From NCBI GenBank assembly GCA_016203115.1, contig JACQNJ010000007.1:3115-35114 (forward strand): a stretch of DNA of 32,000 nucleotides, given 5' to 3'. Made by a program: the position numbers and the translations under genes. A model generated the notes under the pieces. That model did no database searches. It worked only from the letters and a program-made list of their open reading frames with translations, and was not told the origin of the DNA. Shown here in pieces: positions 24,171-32,000 of the stretch (its first letter is position 1; the number at the start of each line of letters is the position of its first letter). The DNA comes from Candidatus Woesearchaeota archaeon. GTDB lineage: Archaea; Nanobdellota; Nanobdellia; SCGC-AAA011-G17; GW2011-AR20.

Positions 24171-25539
24171 CCATTTGTTGCCATTTTGATTCTATTTCTT
24201 CAGGCATAACTCTACTTACAGAATACATCCAACTATCTAGGTAATCACGGCCAACACTATGGACTACCCAGTATAACTCCGCATCCATATCCTTAATTGT
24301 AGGTTCCAAAGTTTCATAATCTGTTTTTCCACCATTAATCCTAACTGCCCTATGTAAGATTTTTAGATTAATATAAGCTGCAATAGCAGTTCTTGTATCT
24401 CCAAATCTATCGACCAACGCAGAAAGTCTAGCTTCTCCTAAAAAATTACTCACATCTGTATGATATTCTCTATTCCTCAGAAGGTATAGTTTAACTATCT
24501 CTTGTTTTTCTTGAAGACTTAATCTTTCTTGAGTTTCATTGACCGTATTTTCTAATTCTTTTCTCTCAGAGTCTAAATGAAAATAACCCCCGACTAAACT
24601 TCCCAAACTCAAAAGAGAGGCAGTAATAATTCCCCATCTTCTCACTCTTACAATTGGTCTAGATTTCTCATACTCTCTAACCGCTTTCTCTAATCTTATA
24701 GAAAGTTCTTCACCATTTTGTATTCTTCCATCTTCATCACATAAACAATTTTTTAACAAACCTCTAAAAGCCTTAGGAACGCTCTTAGCATTTCCAACCC
24801 TTTGGTTTATAACTGCATTCCAAGAACCTCTGTCTAAATAAAGAGTTTCAATAAATTGTTCTAAATTTTTCATTCCAAATTCTCTTTCAAAGACATATTC
24901 TCCTGTAAACAGTTTATACAAAACAGAACCAAAAGACCATATATCAGAAGCAACTTCAGCTTCTCCATTTCCAAATCTCTCGGGCGCTCTAACTCCTAAA
25001 AAGCCCACATTTCTTCTATCATGGTCTCCAACAGTAGATGCACCAAAGTCAGATATTTTTACTTCTCTATCTGTACTATAACCAATATTAGCAGGTTGCA
25101 AGTCTGAGTGTGCTCTTCCTAATACCTTATGCATTCCTCTCAAACCAGAAGCTAATCCTCTACTTATCTGAACAATTTCCTCAACAGTAGGTGTATTATT
25201 TTCTAAATAATTAGATAAAAATCTATCAATTGGTTCTTCTCTTAAAAACGGAGTTCCATCATCTGCATATTCAACAGAACCATATGCCACATTTGGCAAG
25301 GATTTAGTATTTCCTCCAAGAGATTCTTTAGCCCATAATTCTCCATCTGTCAACCTTCTCTCCTCTATCTGTCTCCTTGCTAATTCACTGGGGTCAAGAA
25401 ATTTGAATGCATATTCTGCCATTGTTGTCCTATTCCTATACAAATATACAGGAGTCCATTCTCCTCTTCCCATAAGTCTAATTAATTCATATCCTTTAAC
25501 TTCAGGAGGTACAAATTCCTTTCTAGTTCTTTCTGTCAT
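24136..25539 (-). CDS. Membrane-anchored Hanks-type Ser/Thr protein kinase with atypical catalytic loop and unknown C-terminal domain
   Basis: G-loop GRGEWTPVY, AFK (K46), catalytic loop HSDLQPAN (144-151), DFG (164-166), APE (185-187), DIWSFG. TM segment WGIITASLLSLGSLVGGYF (302-320) followed by a tail of about 145 aa. Confidence 0.85.
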   Translation of the reverse strand: MTERTRKEFVPPEVKGYELIRLMGRGEWTPVYLYRNRTTMAEYAFKFLDPSELARRQIEERRLTDGELWAKESLGGNTKSLPNVAYGSVEYADDGTPFLREEPIDRFLSNYLENNTPTVEEIVQISRGLASGLRGMHKVLGRAHSDLQPANIGYSTDREVKISDFGASTVGDHDRRNVGFLGVRAPERFGNGEAEVASDIWSFGSVLYKLFTGEYVFEREFGMKNLEQFIETLYLDRGSWNAVINQRVGNAKSVPKAFRGLLKNCLCDEDGRIQNGEELSIRLEKAVREYEKSRPIVRVRRWGIITASLLSLGSLVGGYFHLDSERKELENTVNETQERLSLQEKQEIVKLYLLRNREYHTDVSNFLGEARLSALVDRFGDTRTAIAAYINLKILHRAVRINGGKTDYETLEPTIKDMDAELYWVVHSVGRDYLDSWMYSVSRVMPEEIESKWQQMDGEKYSYKVCF

Positions 25540-25666
25540 TTTCTAAAAATTTTTTTATAGAATACTCTATTACATGACTTTTATTTCTAAAAATTCCCTC
25601 CTCCAGGACTTCTTCTATCTTCTTTAAAGTCTCTTCTTCAATAGAGATGCTAATCTTAGTTTTCAT
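25523..25666 (-). CDS. Ribbon-helix-helix (CopG/Arc/MetJ-type) small DNA-binding protein, 47 aa
   Basis: Not in the ORF track. Hand translation: MKTKISISIEEETLKKIEEVLEEGIFRNKSHVIEYSIKKFLENDRKN*. The pattern is beta-strand (KISISI), helix (LKKIEEVL), then RNKSHVIEYSIKKFL. Its 3' end overlaps the kinase ATG by 17 nt. A TTATAAAG box lies about 26 nt upstream. Confidence 0.6.
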   Translation of the reverse strand: MKTKISISIEEETLKKIEEVLEEGIFRNKSHVIEYSIKKFLENDRKN

Positions 25667-25688
25667 AAAAAGTAGGAAGAAATCATAC

Positions 25689-25696
25689 TTTATAAG
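25689..25696 (-). promoter_or_regulatory. TATA box of the RHH-kinase cassette
   Basis: TTATAAAG on the minus strand, centred about 26 nt upstream of the RHH ATG at 25666. Confidence 0.4.
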
Positions 25697-25735
25697 CCTT
25701 ACTATTTGTCATTTCTTTAGAGTAGTAACTCATAA

Positions 25736-28700
25736 TTAGTACCAGCTTCCTAGTCCAATTTGTCTTTCTTTATCTTTTCCAAATACACTTTCAATTCTCA
25801 TTTTTGTTAGTTCTAAACTCTGTTTTAGATAATTTGGTAATTCATATTTTTGTGCTAAACTTATACTTGGCTCTAAATACTTAACAACACTTCCCTCTGA
25901 AACAGTAAACAACAATCTCCCTCTGCATTTAACACAATGACCAAGCAAGGGGGGCCTTCTGTATTTTTCATTACAGCTGACACATCTAAATTCTTGTGTA
26001 GAAAATTTTCTTAAATTTCCTTTAATATCTCTAATAAAATGCCTGTCAATCACCAATCTTGCAACATCCATTTCATCAACAGCCCTAATTTTCTCAGCAA
26101 TATCTAATTGACCAAAAACTTTCTGCTGCATATCTGGGATGCTCTTATATGCGCTGCAAACAACACCGGAATTTATATTGCTTACATCATGTGTAAACAT
26201 CCATCCTGTTTGTTCATTTTCTTTTCCTAACCTATCTCTCATCTGCTCAACCTTGATTTCCCATGGCATTTTATATTCCAAAGCAGATTTATATAATTCT
26301 AAAGGATATTTTGCTGTTATATCGACATCAAAAACCATATCATCTATTTCACTAGGAATTAATGTAGAGCTCAAAACTAATGGTGCATCTTGTGTTGCTC
26401 CCCTGTGTGCAGGTAAATATACTCTTGAAAAATTAATCAGAGCATCTAATAATAACATGAATGCCACTTCATCACCATCTGCATCTCTCCTAACAGCGCA
26501 ATGCAACATAGGATGAGCATAAAATCCTTGTGTATTGCTAAACCCAATGATCCTGCATATTATCCCTGCAGAAATATGTGGAGCAATTGCCATAATCAAA
26601 TGACCTACTAAATCTTCTCGCTCATCTACATTATAAAAAGGTTCAAGATTATACATGTATTTTAACATCCCATCAATGAACTTACATGATCTTAACAGTA
26701 TATCATCACCACCTTCATCTAAAGACTCCTTGCATGCAGGGATGATAACATCTTGTGGCTTTATCTCAATGATTTGGGTATCTTTCTCTAATGGATTCCC
26801 ATAAATATCATATCCATACCCCAGTTCTTTTAATTTTTCAATCTTTGTTCCTATCTCAACAGGTTTAAAATGTGTTATCACTAATTCTGTAGCATCATAT
26901 CTTATTGTTCCGTCTTTATTGACATATACATCATTTGCTGCTCTTAATATCCCTTTAATTAAATTTTCAGGAATATGCTCCTCACTGCTTAAACCTCTTA
27001 TGCCCTTGATTAATTCGGGAAGTTCATTTATTCCTAATTTATCCTGGGCTTGTTTAAAATAATCTTTTATTAATATCTCTCTTCGCTTATACTTCTTTAC
27101 TGTATCTACATGCCCACATTTTTCAGTTTCCTTCTTGCAGATATAACAGTAAGATTGTTTTTCAGTTTTCACATTACATTTAGCACATATAGGGTATATT
27201 GAGTCAGTATTGCAATTATTGCACACATATAGGGGAAATTCTGCAGTAACTTTACCAACCCCAATTGCACTTTGAAAAGATCTCATTCTCCCGCCTTCTT
27301 CACCTACTGGAAATAAGCAATGTGGCTTTCCTGTCATCTTTCTCAGTTTTGCTTTTTCAGGCCTTCCCATTCTTGCTCCGATGAATGTGCCAGATTTATC
27401 TCTCTGAGTAATATGGCAAATTTTATTTACAGTATCAAGTCCATTTTCTAATACTTTATCTTCTTTAAAATCTAGACTATTCAAAGAAAGAACAAGTGCT
27501 TTTGCATAATCTCCCTCAACAACAACATGTTCTTTTCCAACAAATTTATGTGGAACTCCCAATAGCTCAAGAACTCTCTTAGGATCAGTATCCATTAAGT
27601 CAGAATTAATATCATAGACAAAGGGAAGTACTATTTTGTCTTCATTGATTGTTCCTTGTCTTACCCATGAAACAAAACTATTAAACTGATCCTTGTTTAT
27701 GTCCTTCCAATGATAAGTGAGCCTTGGCACAAAAGGAACATCTAGTTTTTCAGAAATCTTAAGCGCATTTGAAAAAGACACATTAAATGGATCTAAAAGG
27801 ATTCTTTGAATTTTAACATCGACAAATTCGCTTGCCTTTTCAATATTTCCATTGAATTTCTTTTCAATTGCTTTTTCAATCTCTCTTGCCCACCATTCCT
27901 CATTATAACCACAAGGAACCAGCATATGCGCTCTGTTAAAAAAATCACCGTAACTGATTAAAATATCTCCTAGAAATAAAATTTCCTCAACATCATCTGC
28001 ATATTTTTTTGCTTCTTCAGCATCATTTAATAACATCACACTCTGATTCTTCAGTTTAATAATTGGGCCCTCTATAGTATCGCATAAACTTAATGCACTT
28101 GCCTTCCCCGGCCTCTCCATTTTTATTTGAGTCCCTACAGCAATATAATTATTTAGTACAAACATAGTGGCAGGGTGAATTGCATTAGAACTTAATCCTG
28201 TATTTCTTGCTCTTCCATATCTTAGTCTAAATCCTCCAGTTCTTAATGGATGAGTTAAAACAGGTCTTCCTGCAACAAGATCCTTTATGAATGTATAGTC
28301 TGGTTTTATCCTTGCACCATCATCAACTTTTTTTACTTCTTCTCTTGCTTTTAACTTCTTTTGGATCTTCAAAAATTCTTCTAAAAATTTCCAATGCCCT
28401 AAATCCATATCTTTTCCCCACTTATCCAGCTGCTTCAATAACTTCGGAGCTTTCTGACATAGACCCTCTCCTAAAACTAGACAGGGACCATTTCTTATTT
28501 TATTAGTCTCGACTCGTTCCAAATCCTTGTAGTTGCTTACATCATATTTCTCACTCGGATCTCCATCTATTTGTACTGCTAAATTTGAAACCATAAACTC
28601 AAGTTCCTCTGCACTTGGAAAATATTGTAAATTAGTTACTTTTTCATGATAGTCCGTTAGTTCAGTTGTAAACCTTTTTATTTCTCTTTCATCAGGATCA

Positions 28701-29224
28701 AATTCAGCATAGCCCATTTTCTTTCTTATATAATCCCCAATAATAACAGAAACACTTGCACCGGTTCCACCTGCACTCCTTATTGGACCTGAAAAATAAA
28801 GAGCAAAATATTCTTTCCCATCTCTCCTCTTTCTTATTTTTAATTGAGTGAATCCTTCTAAAGGACTTGCAACAACACCATTTGTAACATATGCAATCCC
28901 AACTCTTATTCCAACTTCCATTGCTTCTCTTTTATCTTTGAATTTACAGAATTTTTCTCTTGCAACCTCTTCCGCAATATTCAACGCTACTCTCCAATCA
29001 AGTTTCCCAAACTTAATCTCAAATTCATGTATTCTCTCTACCATTCCACTCCCTCTCACTTGTGGAGCAACAACGCTGATTAATCCTTCTACTCTCTCAG
29101 CCATATTCTTCGCAATAGGAATCTCTACTTCATCTCTTGGGTCCAGTCCCTGAATTCTTGCTTTTTGTGCAATACTATATTCAATCTTCAGTTTATCATT
29201 GAGTTCCTTATGGTATTTTTCCAT
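25736..29224 (-). CDS. polC: DNA polymerase II (PolD) large subunit DP2
   Basis: 1162 aa. Cys clusters CNNCN..CAKCN, CYICKKETEKCGH and CVSCN..CVKCRG. Catalytic-core block RRDADGDEVAFMLLLD and GARMGRPEKA. It lies immediately downstream of DP1 with no spacer. Confidence 0.95.
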   Translation of the reverse strand: MEKYHKELNDKLKIEYSIAQKARIQGLDPRDEVEIPIAKNMAERVEGLISVVAPQVRGSGMVERIHEFEIKFGKLDWRVALNIAEEVAREKFCKFKDKREAMEVGIRVGIAYVTNGVVASPLEGFTQLKIRKRRDGKEYFALYFSGPIRSAGGTGASVSVIIGDYIRKKMGYAEFDPDEREIKRFTTELTDYHEKVTNLQYFPSAEELEFMVSNLAVQIDGDPSEKYDVSNYKDLERVETNKIRNGPCLVLGEGLCQKAPKLLKQLDKWGKDMDLGHWKFLEEFLKIQKKLKAREEVKKVDDGARIKPDYTFIKDLVAGRPVLTHPLRTGGFRLRYGRARNTGLSSNAIHPATMFVLNNYIAVGTQIKMERPGKASALSLCDTIEGPIIKLKNQSVMLLNDAEEAKKYADDVEEILFLGDILISYGDFFNRAHMLVPCGYNEEWWAREIEKAIEKKFNGNIEKASEFVDVKIQRILLDPFNVSFSNALKISEKLDVPFVPRLTYHWKDINKDQFNSFVSWVRQGTINEDKIVLPFVYDINSDLMDTDPKRVLELLGVPHKFVGKEHVVVEGDYAKALVLSLNSLDFKEDKVLENGLDTVNKICHITQRDKSGTFIGARMGRPEKAKLRKMTGKPHCLFPVGEEGGRMRSFQSAIGVGKVTAEFPLYVCNNCNTDSIYPICAKCNVKTEKQSYCYICKKETEKCGHVDTVKKYKRREILIKDYFKQAQDKLGINELPELIKGIRGLSSEEHIPENLIKGILRAANDVYVNKDGTIRYDATELVITHFKPVEIGTKIEKLKELGYGYDIYGNPLEKDTQIIEIKPQDVIIPACKESLDEGGDDILLRSCKFIDGMLKYMYNLEPFYNVDEREDLVGHLIMAIAPHISAGIICRIIGFSNTQGFYAHPMLHCAVRRDADGDEVAFMLLLDALINFSRVYLPAHRGATQDAPLVLSSTLIPSEIDDMVFDVDITAKYPLELYKSALEYKMPWEIKVEQMRDRLGKENEQTGWMFTHDVSNINSGVVCSAYKSIPDMQQKVFGQLDIAEKIRAVDEMDVARLVIDRHFIRDIKGNLRKFSTQEFRCVSCNEKYRRPPLLGHCVKCRGRLLFTVSEGSVVKYLEPSISLAQKYELPNYLKQSLELTKMRIESVFGKDKERQIGLGSWY

Positions 29225-30727
29225 TTAATCCTCAAAATTTAAAATTTTTACCTCCCTTGTTTGTAAATTAACCAGAATTACTCTGTTAGGGTCTGGGACA
29301 ATTCCTCTTTTTTCCTGATCTCCAGTTTGGTCAGTCCAGCAACCACAGCCTATTAAAGTCACATTTCTATAATTATTTACAACGGTTTTATGAATATGGC
29401 CGCTAATAAAAAAATCAGGTACTCTATCAATGACTAAATGGTCTTCATTCCCAGGAACATATAATGTAGAGGTATGACTAACTGCCAAATGTCTTCTTTG
29501 CAACAAATATTTCATTATAAGGTCAGGTCTGTCCAATCTCCCATTCTTTCTTATACTATCAACATTCTCAGAAATATAAGGAAAGCTTCCCCCATGATAA
29601 AGTAAAATATTAAATCCTGGAAAACCCCCTCTTGAAAAAATATTAACAAAAGAGGGGTTAGTTAAAAAAATAACATTCTCTAATTCATACAGACCAGGGG
29701 CAATCTTTTTATCAACTACTGGTTGTGGTTCGCTTAATCTCAATGCATCATGATTTCCCCCTATAGTAATTATTTTGAGATCTTTTCTTATCTTAGAAAG
29801 GTATTCTGTTAATTTATTATACTGATCATATACATCTTGAATGATTAAATCTTTATCCTGATTCGGATAAATCCCAACACCATCCACTAAATCTCCCCCA
29901 ATAAACAAATATTTGACCTTCTTTGCAATTTCCTTATGTTCTTCATTCCCATACTCCCCATTCAACCAAGATATAAATTTTAAAAAATTATTTTCAAAAA
30001 AAACTTTGCTGCCTATATGTAGATCAGAGGTAAAAACAATATATTCTTCTTTATCTAACTTTTTTAATTCATTATTAAGGGGGATATCAGGAAATAATAT
30101 TTCATTTACAAACACAATTTTTTCACTATTAGCTCCTAGAATTCCTATAACTTCATCAAGCAAAATATCTCTTGTAGATTCAAAAAGTTCAGGTTTATTT
30201 TTATTGATTAAAACTTTAATTTCACCAGTAAGGTCTTCTAATGTAATCATAAGGTTCCCGTTCTTGGTCGTTGACTTATCCTTTACTATCCCTATTAAAG
30301 CCACTCTGTCCTTATCCCTTTTATTTAATATCCTATTAATAGATGTGGCATTCTGCAACTCCGGTCTGTTCATTAATAAATTTTTTAACGAATTATATCT
30401 CGCTCTAAAATAATCTACAAAGTCCATTACTTCCTTTTTCTTATTTACCTCAACGTAATTTTTTAAGATTAGTAATTTATTTTCTTCTTTTTCCTCGGAA
30501 ATAATTTCAAAATTTGCATTATCAACAGAATCTTTCTTTTCTTTCAAAGATAAAAAAACTTCTTCCGAGAGAATAAAGGGCTTAGGGTCACAGCTCTCTA
30601 ACTTTTTACATAGTTCTTCCACATCAAATTCTTCTTTTATTTTATCAAAAAAATCATAGCTTACCAAGAACCCCCTTGAAACTAAATATTTTATAATTTC
30701 ATCCTTATCTTCAGTAAAAGATAGCAT
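29225..30727 (-). CDS. polB: DNA polymerase II (PolD) small subunit DP1
   Basis: Calcineurin-like phosphoesterase motifs SDLHIGS, GGDLVDGVG, GGNHDA and SGHIHK, preceded by an OB-like region (ALIGIVKDKSTTKNGNLMITLEDLTGEIKV). Confidence 0.9.
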   Translation of the reverse strand: MLSFTEDKDEIIKYLVSRGFLVSYDFFDKIKEEFDVEELCKKLESCDPKPFILSEEVFLSLKEKKDSVDNANFEIISEEKEENKLLILKNYVEVNKKKEVMDFVDYFRARYNSLKNLLMNRPELQNATSINRILNKRDKDRVALIGIVKDKSTTKNGNLMITLEDLTGEIKVLINKNKPELFESTRDILLDEVIGILGANSEKIVFVNEILFPDIPLNNELKKLDKEEYIVFTSDLHIGSKVFFENNFLKFISWLNGEYGNEEHKEIAKKVKYLFIGGDLVDGVGIYPNQDKDLIIQDVYDQYNKLTEYLSKIRKDLKIITIGGNHDALRLSEPQPVVDKKIAPGLYELENVIFLTNPSFVNIFSRGGFPGFNILLYHGGSFPYISENVDSIRKNGRLDRPDLIMKYLLQRRHLAVSHTSTLYVPGNEDHLVIDRVPDFFISGHIHKTVVNNYRNVTLIGCGCWTDQTGDQEKRGIVPDPNRVILVNLQTREVKILNFED

Positions 30728-30728
30728 C

Positions 30729-32000
30729 TTACAAACCCAGGCCCTCTCTCAAAGTTTCTTCTATTTTAGGAAGAGTTGAAGAGGGTATTCCTAAGGTTAT
30801 ATCTTTTGTTCTCCCATATCTGCCTTTACTAACAACACGAGCATGAATAATCCCAAACATATCAAGCTCTGCGATAATATCACTAATCCTTCTCTGGGTT
30901 AATGGTTTTGCACCAACTTGCTTACAAATATCTTTATAATAATCATAAACATCTCCTGTAAAAATATGGTTGCCATTCATACATACTTTAAGAATAGAAT
31001 ATAAAGTAATCTGGCTTTGTTTGGGTTGTGTCTTTACAACATCTAAAACCGTATCCTTCTCAATTTTTTCCTCTGCTTCATCAATATGTTTAATTCTAAT
31101 AATCTCACTATTAGAACGTTCTGCAAGCTCACCAGAAACCCTCAAAAGTTCTAGCGCTCTTCTCGCATCGCCATGTTCTCTAGCAGCATAGGCAGCACAT
31201 TTTTCTATGACCCCTGGCTCAATTGTATTTTCACGAAAAGCGATGCTTGCTCTCTCACGTAAAATATCTTGAAGTTGAATCGCATTATATGGAGGAAAAA
31301 CAAGCTCTTCTTCACTCAGGCTTGATCTAATTCTGGGGTCTAAATCATCAGTAAAAAGTAAATCGTTACTAATCCCTATAATACTTAACTCACAATTTTT
31401 AAGTTCTGAATTAAGTCTCGTGAGATTATATAAAACTCCATCTCCAACTCTACTAACAAGTTGGTCAATTTCATCAAGAATCAAGATAATAAGTTTCTTC
31501 TCCTTACTATCAATAGCCCTAACAAAAATTTTATAGACCTCTTCTGTAGGTAATCCTGTTGCAGGAACTTCTACATCAAAATTTCTGGCAAGTTCGGCCA
31601 TTAAACGATATTCGGTATCTGCAACTTTTTTTAGTTTACAATTTAAGTAGCATATTTTCAAATCTAAATTTTTATTTTTACTCAATTCATTAATTTGAGA
31701 AGTGATATAATGAGTAACACATGTTTTTCCCGAACCAGTTTTCCCATAACAAAAAACATTACTGGGCTTTTCCATACGCAAAGCAGGTGCAAGAATACTA
31801 GCTAATTGTTTAATCTGCTCATCTCTATGAGGTATATTTTCAGGAGTAAAATTCCCTTGTAAAGCCCTTTTATTAAGAAAAAGAGGATTTTTAGTAAGAT
31901 ATTCCTCAAAAAAAATAGATAACCCCTTTTTCATAAAAACAGAAAGCACATTTTGTTTATAAGCATTATCATTCAAAAATATATACTCACACACCAACAT
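30729..32000 (-). CDS. cdc6: Orc1/Cdc6 replication initiator
   Basis: Walker A GKTGSGKT, Walker B LILDEID and a C-terminal winged helix (RRISDIIAELDMFGII). The real start is probably the internal MKKGLSIFFEEYL near 31934 rather than the ATG at the window edge. Confidence 0.9.
   Translation of the reverse strand: MLVCEYIFLNDNAYKQNVLSVFMKKGLSIFFEEYLTKNPLFLNKRALQGNFTPENIPHRDEQIKQLASILAPALRMEKPSNVFCYGKTGSGKTCVTHYITSQINELSKNKNLDLKICYLNCKLKKVADTEYRLMAELARNFDVEVPATGLPTEEVYKIFVRAIDSKEKKLIILILDEIDQLVSRVGDGVLYNLTRLNSELKNCELSIIGISNDLLFTDDLDPRIRSSLSEEELVFPPYNAIQLQDILRERASIAFRENTIEPGVIEKCAAYAAREHGDARRALELLRVSGELAERSNSEIIRIKHIDEAEEKIEKDTVLDVVKTQPKQSQITLYSILKVCMNGNHIFTGDVYDYYKDICKQVGAKPLTQRRISDIIAELDMFGIIHARVVSKGRYGRTKDITLGIPSSTLPKIEETLREGLGL

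Noticed and set aside
26139-26516. Antisense or shadow ORFs inside well-supported genes. Examples: 26139-26516, 28291-28506, 28848-29153, 29913-30413, 30970-31191, 12541-12876, 10700-11038, 11282-11633, 13481-13756, 14166-14429, 19212-19550, 21953-22225, 22714-23013, 1446-2139, 4501-4734, 5949-6182, 7476-7697, 8234-8446, 9970-10194.
   Set aside because: Each lies wholly within a gene on the other strand that has strong motif support or a coherent operon context. Their translations are low-complexity (S/L/F/I-rich) with no motifs.
1-32000. Search for CRISPR arrays, tRNA/rRNA genes and long direct or inverted repeats.
   Set aside because: Intergenic spacers are mostly under 100 nt and AT-rich, and I saw no repeat-spacer periodicity or cloverleaf-compatible segment by eye. 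This is a manual scan and does not replace tRNAscan, Infernal or a repeat finder.
31970-32000. An apparent one-base mismatch between my hand translation of the A-run near 31976-31981 and the ORF-track N-terminus of cdc6 (MLVCEYIFLNDN).
   Set aside because: This is most likely my miscount of a homopolymer. It does not affect the call, because the probable true start is the internal MKKGLSIFFEEYL near 31934.

Overview
AT-rich (roughly 30% GC by eye), very gene-dense archaeal chromosome segment. The proteins are short and K/I/N-rich. The marker set fits a small-genome, DPANN-like archaeon: PolD DP1+DP2, Orc1/Cdc6, Hef, class-III-signal-peptide pilins, and TATA boxes about 25 nt upstream of start codons. 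Taxonomy cannot be proven without a database search. Layout: (i) 1-4797, one compact minus-strand operon of about 11 pilin-like genes with a pore-less voltage-sensor-like membrane protein embedded in it. (ii) 4829-5724, a decayed ASCH/DUF3850-like pseudogene and a SAM methyltransferase. (iii) 5711-10188, a type IV pilus/archaellum-class platform protein plus secretion ATPase. (iv) 10267-14912, two coiled-coil ORFs, three tandem paralogous membrane proteins, a PRC-barrel protein, TraB/Tiki-like protein, a catalytically dead M50/S2P-like membrane protein and a small membrane protein. (v) 14953-19584, a Hef helicase gene and a Hef/XPF nuclease gene. They are separated by 2.46 kb of accessory DNA holding a LAGLIDADG-like ORF, an IS6-family element and an ORFan; a second ORFan lies just downstream. 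(vi) 20109-23512, housekeeping genes: 2H phosphoesterase, DUF192 lipoprotein, agmatinase-family enzyme, membrane-anchored OB-fold protein, TctA/DUF112 permease. (vii) 23574-25666, a 5'-decapitated LivF-like ABC ATPase remnant abutted by a two-gene cassette. The cassette is an RHH protein (absent from the ORF track) translationally overlapped with a membrane-anchored Hanks-type Ser/Thr kinase that has an atypical catalytic loop. (viii) 25736-32000, the replication operon cdc6-polD(DP1)-polD(DP2). I saw no rRNA, tRNA or CRISPR array. The most unusual items are the RHH-kinase cassette, the split Hef with mobile DNA between its halves, and the pilin operon with mini-pilins and a voltage-sensor-only protein. 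All family assignments come from motifs read in the translations; no searches were run.
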